From contig OY970338.1 of assembly GCA_963717515.1 (NCBI GenBank), positions 670,882 through 734,881 of the forward strand: 64,000 bases of DNA, read 5' to 3'. A program made the translations under genes and the position numbers. Positions 38,172-46,985 of the stretch are shown here, piece by piece (positions within the stretch are counted from its first letter, which is position 1; every line of letters begins with the position of its first letter). Under the pieces are notes generated by a model that was given only the letters and a program-made list of their open reading frames with translations, ran no database searches and was not told the origin of the DNA. The DNA comes from an uncultured Candidatus Woesearchaeota archaeon. GTDB lineage: Archaea > Nanobdellota > Nanobdellia > Woesearchaeales > DSVV01.

Positions 38172-38435
38172 ATGGAACAAAGAAAAAAGCATCAGATAAC
38201 GACACCTGATGACCTGGCAGAAAGCATCCAAGAGCTTGACGAGAGCCTGGAAGGACTTTTGCCAAACCTATTCAGGACTATCAAGAAGAAAAACTTTATG
38301 AGGTTTGTCCTGGAAACGTGTGAAAAAGAATATCTCATGATTGATTTCCAGAGAGGCCTGCCAAAGGATATCAAGCAATATCTTGCATTTGTCGAGATGA
38401 ACAAATATGAGATCATGATGACCAAATTTTTCTGA
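38172..38435 (+). CDS. Hypothetical small protein (87 aa)
   Basis: ORF 38046-38435. The internal ATG at 38172 (MEQRKKHQ) is more plausible than the track start. Weak call. Confidence 0.3.
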   Translation: MEQRKKHQITTPDDLAESIQELDESLEGLLPNLFRTIKKKNFMRFVLETCEKEYLMIDFQRGLPKDIKQYLAFVEMNKYEIMMTKFF

Positions 38436-38504
38436 GACTTTCCCGTGCCCTTGAAAAACCCGGGCATTTCGCAGAGGCCTTCATCAATAGTAAGCCAGCA
38501 GGCA

Positions 38505-39491
38505 TCACTTGCTGTTCTCGAACATCTCCCTTGCTTCCTTCTTTAAGTCATCTGACATCAGGGCGCCCAGCTGCGATACTGCCTTTGCTCCCATGAACGA
38601 GCCCATATTCCCGGCTTTCCTGACATCACCGTCACGCAGATAACTATATAGGAACCCGGCTGCATAGAGGTCACCTGCCCCTGTCGAGTCCACAGCCTTT
38701 GCCTTAATCGGCGAAATCCTGTACAGCTCATCCCCTGATACGACAAAGCTGCCTTCCGGGCCTGCCTTCACGACGACTGTCGGCACATATCCGCCGACCT
38801 CTTTTGCTGCATCCTCAGGACCAAGGCCGGTGAATCTTTTGGCCTCGTCCTCATTCATGAATACCATGTCGACATGCTTCATGACATCAAGGATCCCTCC
38901 CATGTTCCTCCTGACGATCTCAGGGTCTGCCAGGTCCATCACGACAAGGGTCTCATGCTTCTTCGCAAGCCTTATAGTGCGCATGACAGCTGCATTTATC
39001 GACTCGAACTCATAACCGGTGAAATAGAAGACACGGCTATCTGCAATATCGTCTTCGACGACAGAATCCTCATGAACCCTTGAAGAAGCACCGAGACTGA
39101 CACCGAATGTCCTTTCTGCATCAGGCGTGACGAAATTAAGGACCTTGCCTGTCCTTGAATTTTCGCTCTTCAGAAGCCTGGGAGTCACCCCTTCCCTTGT
39201 TATGACCTCTTCGAAATGCCTTCCGTATTTTCCGGGTCCGACCTTTCCGCAAAGGATGCATCTGCCGCCCAGTGCAGCTATTCCCATCAATGTATTAGGC
39301 ACTGTCCCTGCAGGGATTATCTTATGGTCCCTGAATTCCTCAAGCAATGAGTGCGTCCTTCCTTCCTCAAGGAGATTGAAGACCCCCTTCTTGAGATCCA
39401 TCCTTACCAGATCGCTTTCCTCAACCCTTATCATGAAATCAAGCAGGGTGTTGCCCAGTCCGAAAACATCATATCTTTTCTTCATCTGCAA
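38505..39491 (-). CDS. PfkB-family carbohydrate/nucleoside kinase
   Basis: VFGLGNTLLD N-terminus and the C-terminal DSTGAGDLYAAGF. Confidence 0.8.
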   Translation of the reverse strand: MQMKKRYDVFGLGNTLLDFMIRVEESDLVRMDLKKGVFNLLEEGRTHSLLEEFRDHKIIPAGTVPNTLMGIAALGGRCILCGKVGPGKYGRHFEEVITREGVTPRLLKSENSRTGKVLNFVTPDAERTFGVSLGASSRVHEDSVVEDDIADSRVFYFTGYEFESINAAVMRTIRLAKKHETLVVMDLADPEIVRRNMGGILDVMKHVDMVFMNEDEAKRFTGLGPEDAAKEVGGYVPTVVVKAGPEGSFVVSGDELYRISPIKAKAVDSTGAGDLYAAGFLYSYLRDGDVRKAGNMGSFMGAKAVSQLGALMSDDLKKEAREMFENSK

Positions 39492-39538
39492 CTGGAAATT
39501 CCATACGTTTAAATTTTTTTAGATTCATTTTCTGATAT

Positions 39539-40681
39539 TCATGCTTTAATCAAAATCAGGGGGACGTCCATCTCTTCTTTGCTCACTCCCCCATGCCTGC
39601 CGATGTAAGTGCTCTTCCTCTCGCCGACAAGAGTGTCACTGATGCTGTAATCCTTCTTCATGACAAGGACATAATCCCCAACCCTGTCCAGCAGCCTGGG
39701 GTCAGGCTTACCTGGGCCGAACCAACCTTTCTTTACCAGGACACTGCTCTTGTACATATGGCAGACTTCCCTGAAATGCTTCCTGACATATGTCTCAAAC
39801 TGCCTGGCCTTCGATGGTCTTACATAGCAGTAAACAGCCCTTGACTCACCGCAGAGCGGAAGGGCTAGAGTCTCCTGAAGTCTTGGGTGGGATTCCAGCC
39901 TTATCTGGTGCCTTACCGGTGAATCCATCAGCCCGTGGTCTGCTGTGACAATCACTATCGAACCAGCCCCCTCCAGAGAGCTTACGAAATTCTTGATGCT
40001 CTCATCAATTTCCCTGAAATGGCTTATGCTTCTCCTGTCACTGGTTCCGAATTCATGGCAGAAATGGTCAAGCTCAGGCCAGTATGCATAGACAAGCTTC
40101 CTGCCAGGCAGCCTTACAGCTTTTTTTGCCTGTCGGAAAAGGCCATTTAGTGTGGAATATTTGCGTACAGCAGCTCTGCCTGACAATGCCCTGGTGTATT
40201 CTGTCGTCGAGAGCTCTTTTGGCAATATCATAAATGACCTGCACTTGATTTTGTCGAATACAGGCTTCTCAGGTATCAGTTTCTTCGGCTCAATATTGAA
40301 CCTGCCCCCTGCCCTGAACCTGAACCGGAGAGGCACGCCTACACCGCCGAGCTGCTTATAATGCATGAACCAGCCTGTGACAGCATGCCTTGAAGGGGGA
40401 AGCCCTGTCCTGAAAGTCGTTATCGCCGCTGCTGTCGTCGAAGGGAAGACAGAGGTCATCTTTGACCTTGTATTCTTCCAGAGAAAAGAGCCTTTGCCGT
40501 GTTTTTTTATGAACTCATGGCCCATCCCGTCGATTATGATGAGGATTATATTTTTTGACGAACTGATCTCAGAAGGCGGCAATCCAGCCAGGGCTCTATA
40601 CCCCGTCTTTCCGCCGAGAGCTCCGACGACAGAGCTCATGAGATTGACGATGCTTCCGTCCTTGTATTCTGGAATGTGCAT
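39539..40681 (-). CDS. Alkaline-phosphatase-superfamily protein (nucleotide pyrophosphatase/phosphodiesterase-like)
   Basis: IIIDGMGHEF, FPSTTAAAITTFRTG (nucleophile region) and VTADHGL. Confidence 0.7.
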   Translation of the reverse strand: MHIPEYKDGSIVNLMSSVVGALGGKTGYRALAGLPPSEISSSKNIILIIIDGMGHEFIKKHGKGSFLWKNTRSKMTSVFPSTTAAAITTFRTGLPPSRHAVTGWFMHYKQLGGVGVPLRFRFRAGGRFNIEPKKLIPEKPVFDKIKCRSFMILPKELSTTEYTRALSGRAAVRKYSTLNGLFRQAKKAVRLPGRKLVYAYWPELDHFCHEFGTSDRRSISHFREIDESIKNFVSSLEGAGSIVIVTADHGLMDSPVRHQIRLESHPRLQETLALPLCGESRAVYCYVRPSKARQFETYVRKHFREVCHMYKSSVLVKKGWFGPGKPDPRLLDRVGDYVLVMKKDYSISDTLVGERKSTYIGRHGGVSKEEMDVPLILIKA

Positions 40682-40850
40682 TATTTCCAGATGAAGCTGA
40701 ATCTTATATAAATATATTTATTAGGCCTGCATTCATTGGCTGAAAAGAGGTTTTAAAGCATATTCGTCACTCAGTAATGAAAACATTTATATACCATTGC
40801 AGATTTTATTGCGAGGAACAGGAAAAAACTGCAAACATGCCGAATTGAAA

Positions 40851-42107
40851 ATGGAAAAGAAGCCCACATATGAAGAGCTTGAACAGAATATCCGCTCGCT
40901 CGAGGCAGTCATCAAAGAGGCTGATAGGAGAAAAGCCGCTGAATTCAAAGACTCCCTCAAGACTCTGGCCGGAGCTGTATCACACGAGATAAACAATATC
41001 CTGGCTGGTATAGTAGGCTATGCAGACCTTATAATGATGGACACTGACGAGTCTGACCCGAACTACAGCATGCTGAAAAGAATCAAGGATAATGGGATGA
41101 GGGGAAGCAGGTTCACATCAAAGCTGCTTGGCTATGCAAGAAGCGGAAGATACAATGAAACCGAATTCAATCTTAATGATCTGGTAATGGCCAAGCTTGA
41201 CGAGTTCAACAATTCTTATGCAGGAAAAGAGATCTGCCTCGATCTTTATGCAGAGCCACTGAACATTGTCTTTGACAAAGAACAGCTGTCAGTGGTCATA
41301 AATGACCTTTACACAAATGCTGCAGAGGCTACAGAAGGGAAATCTGACATATTCGTAAGGACCGGAAAGGCTTCTGAAGATGATGTCGATAAAAAACCGG
41401 GCGGGATGGAGCCTGGCCGGTATGCGCTGCTGGAAATTGAAGACAAGGGAACCGGTATGGATGAGATGACCAGGTCAAGGATATTCCAGCCCTTCTTCAC
41501 GACGAAATCCAAGGGAAGCCATATAGGGATGTCGCTTGCATCTGCCTATCAGGTGATAAGCGAATCAGGAGGCTACATCTCATTCTCCTCTGAAAAGGAT
41601 TCCGGTACAAGATTCAGCCTTTACCTGAAACTGGCTCAAGGACAATCAACTGAAGAACCCGGGGAATCATCAGCAAAAACAAATGATGCACCAGGACATG
41701 ATGGGCATTCTAAATATACAATCCTGGTTGCAGATGATGAAAAATGCGTCAGGGAATCGTTCAGGCTGGTTTTAGGGGACCTGGGATATGATGTGATAAC
41801 AGCTGAGGACGGGACAGATGCATTGTTAAAATATGAGAGATCCCATGAGAAGATCGGCATGGCCATCCTTGACAGGACAATGCCTAACATGGACGGATTT
41901 GAAACCTTCTACAGGCTAAAAGAGAAAGATCCGGGCATAAAGGTTCTTGTAGTCTCAGGCCTCGACAGGGATTCGATATTAGACAGGTTGCTGGATGACG
42001 GAGCAGTCGGCTTTGTCAACAAGCCTTTTGATGTCTATGACGTGGCAGATAGGGTCAAGAAAGCCTATGGCCTGTCTGCACACCCAAGTGAACTGAAAAA
42101 CAAGTGA
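40851..42107 (+). CDS. Hybrid histidine kinase (coiled coil - HisKA - HATPase - receiver), no sensor or TM domain
   Basis: H-box AVSHEINNILAGIVGYADL, ATPase region IEDKGTGM...FFTTK...G.G.GLS-like, and receiver ILVADDEKCV...AILDRTMPNMDGF...VNKPF. Confidence 0.8.
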   Translation: MEKKPTYEELEQNIRSLEAVIKEADRRKAAEFKDSLKTLAGAVSHEINNILAGIVGYADLIMMDTDESDPNYSMLKRIKDNGMRGSRFTSKLLGYARSGRYNETEFNLNDLVMAKLDEFNNSYAGKEICLDLYAEPLNIVFDKEQLSVVINDLYTNAAEATEGKSDIFVRTGKASEDDVDKKPGGMEPGRYALLEIEDKGTGMDEMTRSRIFQPFFTTKSKGSHIGMSLASAYQVISESGGYISFSSEKDSGTRFSLYLKLAQGQSTEEPGESSAKTNDAPGHDGHSKYTILVADDEKCVRESFRLVLGDLGYDVITAEDGTDALLKYERSHEKIGMAILDRTMPNMDGFETFYRLKEKDPGIKVLVVSGLDRDSILDRLLDDGAVGFVNKPFDVYDVADRVKKAYGLSAHPSELKNK

Positions 42108-42125
42108 GATTACATGATCCTGAGC

Positions 42126-43253
42126 TCAATCCCCAAGCTCGACCACAACCTTCTTGTCCTTCTCGTTTATCTCCTTGATTCTATCATGGCCCTTGAGCTT
42201 CTCCTTAATCTCTTTCCAGGAATATTTCAGCCTCGCTTTCTTCAATTCTGAGATTATCTCACTGACTTCTGCATATTTTTCGAAAATGAGCTCAGCCTTC
42301 CTCTGGTTCTCCTCGATTGATTTTTCCAGGCTATTTATGGTCTGTTCCTGCTCGGATATCATCTTCTCGTATTTCCTAATCTCTCTGGAATGGCTCTCTT
42401 CTGACTTTATCAACTGCTCATCCATTACCCTCTCTGTCAGCACTTTTCCGAGAGCCTCGCTGAATGTATTAAATAGGTTAACATCATACCCCTCGTACAC
42501 CTTCATATTGACAGGGGCGATGTCAACCTCTTTTCCATCTTTCAATATGATTCCCGGATTTGCCTTCTCCTCCCTGAGCTTCTTTAATTCTGAGAATAGC
42601 TTTTTGAATCCCGCTTCCGCTGGCTTTCTTCTGCTCTTGTCGATGCCTGCCCTGAGACATAGCTCCTCTGCGTACTTCCCACCCAGCCCAAGGTCAAGCG
42701 CAAGCGTCTTGACAATCGAGTCCTTATCAGAGTCCTGAACCAAAGCAGCTAATTCCTTCTCATCCAGCTCCAGGAAGTCATGCTCACGCTTAGGGTACTC
42801 GTACTTCACATTGCCCCTGATAGTCCTGTCCTTCCACTTCTTTGTGACAAGCGCTGACCTTATTATGTCCTGCTCATCGCAGAGTATCACGTTTCCTCCT
42901 GAAAACAGCTCCACATACAGCCTGAACTTCCCTTCTTTTGTCTCGAAGAGAAACATCACGATGCGCTCGAAACCGAGCTGCCTGACCTCCCTGAGCCTTG
43001 CGCTGGACAGCTGTTTTCTCAAGAACATGCAGAACTGGAATGGCTGCTCTGGTATCTCTCCCTTGAAATCCGTGATGAACATCGAATTTGGCAGTGTTAT
43101 CCTGAGGAATCTCTTCCCTGTATTTGGAACATGGAATATGAACAGGAAATCATGCTTCTCAGGCTGGTATATCTTATCTATCTTTGCACTCACCAGATCC
43201 TGCAGCTCTCTGACAAGGAAATGCAGGTCAAGGGCGCTGAATGTGTATTTCAT
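42126..43253 (-). CDS. NFACT-N/HhH/coiled-coil protein (RqcH/Rqc2/FbpA N-terminal part only)
   Basis: MKYTFSALDLHFLVRELQDLVSAKIDKIYQP...LRITLPN is a typical NFACT-N start. A long coiled coil follows and the ORF stops before any NFACT-R (DUF814) region. Confidence 0.65.
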   Translation of the reverse strand: MKYTFSALDLHFLVRELQDLVSAKIDKIYQPEKHDFLFIFHVPNTGKRFLRITLPNSMFITDFKGEIPEQPFQFCMFLRKQLSSARLREVRQLGFERIVMFLFETKEGKFRLYVELFSGGNVILCDEQDIIRSALVTKKWKDRTIRGNVKYEYPKREHDFLELDEKELAALVQDSDKDSIVKTLALDLGLGGKYAEELCLRAGIDKSRRKPAEAGFKKLFSELKKLREEKANPGIILKDGKEVDIAPVNMKVYEGYDVNLFNTFSEALGKVLTERVMDEQLIKSEESHSREIRKYEKMISEQEQTINSLEKSIEENQRKAELIFEKYAEVSEIISELKKARLKYSWKEIKEKLKGHDRIKEINEKDKKVVVELGD

Positions 43254-43288
43254 GGAAATTGAGAATGGGCCAGTGTATTTAAAATTAA

Positions 43289-44119
43289 TCAATCCCTGAG
43301 AAGGTTTTCATACGCCCTGTAAGTATTTTCCATCAGGCAGGCGATTGTCATTGGACCGACTCCGCCCGGGACAGGCGTGATGAACGATGCGACCCCTTCG
43401 ACTTCTTTATCGACATCACCGACAGCCTTCTTGTCCACCAAGGTCGTGCCGACGTCTATCACCACTGCGCCTTTTTTAACCATTTCTTTCTTTATGAGCC
43501 CCGGAACTCCGGCAGCAGAGATAAGCACATCAGCCCTCCTCGTGTGGGATGCCAGGTCCCGGGTCTTGATATGGCAGATTGTCACAGTCATCCCACTGTT
43601 GAGAAGGAGATACATCAGCGGCTTTCCTACAATGACTGAAGCCCCGACTATCACTGCCTCTTTTCCATCAAGCGTGATTCCAGTTGATTCGATGAGCTTC
43701 ATGCATCCCTGGGGTGTGCAGGAAACTAGGCCAGGCTCGCCGATGACAAGCTTTCCCAGGTTCACAGGATGGAACCCGTCAGGATCTTTCATAGGGTCGA
43801 TAGCAAGCATGACCTTCTTCTCATTGATATGCTTCGGAAGAGGAAGCTGGACAAGGATGCCATGTATGTTCTCCTGCATATTCAGTTTTTTTATGAGGTC
43901 GAGCAATGCTTTTTCTGAGGTGTCCTTGGGGAGCTCATGCTTCTCTGAATAGAATCCTATCTCGCTGCAGGTCTCTGTCTTCATCGAGGTGTACAGTACA
44001 GAGGCAGGGTTATCTCCTATAAGGACTACTGCAAGTCCTGGCTTGATGCCCAGATTTTTGACCTTGGACTTGAGATCATCCAAAATGTCCTGTGATATCT
44101 TTTTTCCGTCTATGAGCAA
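43289..44119 (-). CDS. folD: Methylene-THF dehydrogenase / methenyl-THF cyclohydrolase
   Basis: MLIDGKKISQDILDDLK, GILVQLPLP and VIVGASVIVGKP. Confidence 0.9.
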   Translation of the reverse strand: MLIDGKKISQDILDDLKSKVKNLGIKPGLAVVLIGDNPASVLYTSMKTETCSEIGFYSEKHELPKDTSEKALLDLIKKLNMQENIHGILVQLPLPKHINEKKVMLAIDPMKDPDGFHPVNLGKLVIGEPGLVSCTPQGCMKLIESTGITLDGKEAVIVGASVIVGKPLMYLLLNSGMTVTICHIKTRDLASHTRRADVLISAAGVPGLIKKEMVKKGAVVIDVGTTLVDKKAVGDVDKEVEGVASFITPVPGGVGPMTIACLMENTYRAYENLLRD

Positions 44120-44655
44120 TCTATCACACCATTCTCGGTTATTATCCTGTCGACCTTGACATCATGATCCTGGACAGGCACCTCATCCAATACCTGGAAG
44201 CTGTATGCAAGGGCAATCCTGGGGATGTCAAGCCTGTATAAAAATCTATCATAATACCCTTTTCCAAATCCTATCCTTCCGCCCCTCCTGTCAAATGCGA
44301 CACCGGGGACGATGACAAGATCTATGTCGCCTGGCTCAAGCTCCGATATCTTCCTTGGTTCAGGGATTCCGTAAGCACCCTGCTTCATCTTCTCAATGCT
44401 GCTGATTCTGGATATGATAAGCCTATGGTTGCCGGTATCAGTCACAGGGAGGGCGACATTCTTTTTCTTCAATGCCTCCCTTATCATGTCCGCTGTATCG
44501 ACCTCGTTCCTTATGGGCATGTAGAACAGTATTGTTTTCGCATGCCTGTATTCATTCGATGAGAACAGGGCTCTTTTTATCAGTATGCTCTTGTTCCTTG
44601 TTTCACCCAAGCTTTCCCTTCTGCCCAGCAGGGTTTTTCTGATGGTTTCTTTCAT
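44110..44655 (-). CDS. 5-formyltetrahydrofolate cyclo-ligase
   Basis: 181 aa. IRKTLLGRRESL and VVPGVAFDRRGGRIGFGKGYYDRFL. Confidence 0.8.
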   Translation of the reverse strand: MKETIRKTLLGRRESLGETRNKSILIKRALFSSNEYRHAKTILFYMPIRNEVDTADMIREALKKKNVALPVTDTGNHRLIISRISSIEKMKQGAYGIPEPRKISELEPGDIDLVIVPGVAFDRRGGRIGFGKGYYDRFLYRLDIPRIALAYSFQVLDEVPVQDHDVKVDRIITENGVIDCS

Positions 44656-44769
44656 TTTCAGAGTTTTCCATGAGTGTATGGAGATGTGTTTATATTGTTT
44701 ATTAAAAATACATCCTTATTCATCATTTAATTCTAAAAGTTTTTATATTCCTTCACAATCACACTGGAT

Positions 44770-46404
44770 ATGAAATATGCTTTGCTGAGCGTCTATGACA
44801 AGACAGGTCTTGACAAGCTCATTACAGGTCTTTCAAGACATGGTTTCTCAATAATCTCAACAGGAGGTACATACAAGGCTTCCCAAGAGATAATAAAGAA
44901 AAACAATCTTGATATCAAGTTATTCAAGGTAAGCGAGATCACAAAATCACCAGAGATGCTGGGCGGAAGGGTCAAGACTCTCCATCCAAAGATCCTAGGC
45001 AGCATCCTCTACGACAGGGACAAGAAAGAGCATCTGGCTGACGCAGAGAAGAACGGGCTCATAGATATATGCATTGTTGCAGTGAACCTTTATCCTTTTG
45101 AATATGCGATGAAAAAAAATGCTCCTGATGATGATCTCATCGAGGAGATAGACATCGGCGGACCGACGATGCTGATATCTGCTGTAAAGAACCACAAGCA
45201 TGTCGCGATTGTCACAGACCCGGCTGATTACGGCAGGCTTATTGACGACCTGGACAGGAACGATGGGAAAGTGTCCCTGGAGCTTAAAAAAGAATCTGCA
45301 GTCAAGGCGATAAACCTCCTTGCTGACTACAGGGGGATGATTGCAGGGGAGCTTACAAGAAGATTCTCAGGTCAGGATACATTGAGGATTTCTGGAAGAG
45401 GAAAAAAGCTCGGCAGGTACGGGGAGAACTGGCACCAGGAGGCTTGGTTGTTTCAAAAAACAGGACTTGCAGATGCAGAGCAGCTTGCAGGCATCCCATT
45501 AGGATACAACAATTACCTCGATGCAAATGCGGCATTGCTCTCTGTATTGGACCTGAAGGATTCCCCTGCAGTATCGATTGTCAAGCACAGCAACCCGTGC
45601 GGGTACGCGACAGGAAAAGACCTGAGGACAGCGCTTGAGAGGGCATGGGAAGGCGATGACATCAGCGCATTCGGGGGGATAATCGCGTTTTCCAGAAATG
45701 TTGACTTGAAAACAGCTGGGTTCTTTGATGATAAATTTATTGAGGTATTGATAGTCCCAGATATAGATGACGACGCACTTGAACACCTGAAACTGAAAAG
45801 GAAGAACCTGAGGGTCCTGCAAACCAGCCTGGATACGACGGATGAATATGAATTTCGTTCAATCGACGGCGGGATCCTCCGGCAGACAACCGATGACATG
45901 CTGTATCTTGGGAATCTTATCGATAAAAAAACCATAGATGACAACGGCAAGGAGAGAGTGACTGGGATTGTCACAAGAAAGAGATGCGCTGCGGATATAA
46001 AAGGCCTTGCCGAATTCTCGATAAAGGCTGTCAAGCATCTCAGGAGCAATGCGATAGCTGTCTGCTGTGAATATGAAAAAGGCCATTACCAACTGCTCGG
46101 TATGGGTTGCGGCCAGCCGAACAGGCTGGACTCTGTGAAGCTTGCAGTCGACAAGGCCTTCTATAACCTGAAAAAGCAGGGCCTCAGTGATAAAGATATC
46201 AAAGAGCTTTTCTCAAGCAATAAGATAATCCTCTCCTCAGACGCATTCTTCCCTTTCGGCGACTCGATCGATGTCATTGCAGAGTCAGGCATCAGGCACA
46301 TTGTCCAGCCGGGAGGCTCGATAAAGGACAGGGAAGTGATTGAGTCAGCAGACAGGCATGGGATGGTGATGATGTTTTCAGGGATGAGGCATTTCAGGCA
46401 TTGA
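44770..46404 (+). CDS. purH: Bifunctional AICAR transformylase / IMP cyclohydrolase
   Basis: MKYALLSVYDKTGL, GGRVKTLHPKI, VKHSNPCG and a C-terminal GMRHFRH. Confidence 0.9.
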   Translation: MKYALLSVYDKTGLDKLITGLSRHGFSIISTGGTYKASQEIIKKNNLDIKLFKVSEITKSPEMLGGRVKTLHPKILGSILYDRDKKEHLADAEKNGLIDICIVAVNLYPFEYAMKKNAPDDDLIEEIDIGGPTMLISAVKNHKHVAIVTDPADYGRLIDDLDRNDGKVSLELKKESAVKAINLLADYRGMIAGELTRRFSGQDTLRISGRGKKLGRYGENWHQEAWLFQKTGLADAEQLAGIPLGYNNYLDANAALLSVLDLKDSPAVSIVKHSNPCGYATGKDLRTALERAWEGDDISAFGGIIAFSRNVDLKTAGFFDDKFIEVLIVPDIDDDALEHLKLKRKNLRVLQTSLDTTDEYEFRSIDGGILRQTTDDMLYLGNLIDKKTIDDNGKERVTGIVTRKRCAADIKGLAEFSIKAVKHLRSNAIAVCCEYEKGHYQLLGMGCGQPNRLDSVKLAVDKAFYNLKKQGLSDKDIKELFSSNKIILSSDAFFPFGDSIDVIAESGIRHIVQPGGSIKDREVIESADRHGMVMMFSGMRHFRH

Positions 46405-46903
46405 TAATATTTCTTTTTCTCAAAATATACTTTTTTTCAAACCCCCTTGTCCTGACCACAACACCATTCCTCTCCAGTACATTGAAGATGTCTGATTCCC
46501 GGTAAAGCTTTCTCTGCTTTCCGGGCAGTTTGATGTAATCATATCTTGAGCTCTTTTTTCCGTATCTTTTCTTAGCATCATCCATCAATGCCTTCAGGTC
46601 ATTCTGTATTATTCCTACGTATGTTTTGGTAAATTCTAGAATCGTGCAGCGCTCAAGCAGGTCGACGTATTCCACAGGTCTTAATGGCGCACCAACCTTC
46701 CTCGGCTTTATATGTTCTTTTTCCAAAACATAGAAGATATCCTCAAGGAGGTAATAATGACCTGAAATCCCATTGCATTTCATGTAAGGGGCATCATATT
46801 TTTTCAGATACTTAACCAGGGCGACATCATTGACACCTTCATAGACACTGAGAAATGCCGGGACTGTGCAGCAGCTGTCAAAAATTTTTGAATCAATGGA
46901 CAT
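46394..46903 (-). CDS. Hypothetical 169-aa protein with an internal two-fold repeat
   Basis: No family recognised. Its 3' end overlaps the purH 3' end convergently by 11 nt. Confidence 0.45.
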   Translation of the reverse strand: MSIDSKIFDSCCTVPAFLSVYEGVNDVALVKYLKKYDAPYMKCNGISGHYYLLEDIFYVLEKEHIKPRKVGAPLRPVEYVDLLERCTILEFTKTYVGIIQNDLKALMDDAKKRYGKKSSRYDYIKLPGKQRKLYRESDIFNVLERNGVVVRTRGFEKKYILRKRNIINA

Positions 46904-46985
46904 GAATAGAAGAATTTACATTAAATATATATAATCTGGTATTGATGAGCAATCAGATAATAAGAGTTTTTAAAGATGATAATTA

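Noticed and set aside
39539-40681. Alkaline-phosphatase-fold protein as a PglZ/BREX defence component
   Set aside because: No methyltransferase, BrxC-like ATPase, Lon-like or other BREX genes are nearby. The neighbours are a PfkB kinase and a histidine kinase. The size and motifs fit a generic NPP/AP-family enzyme.
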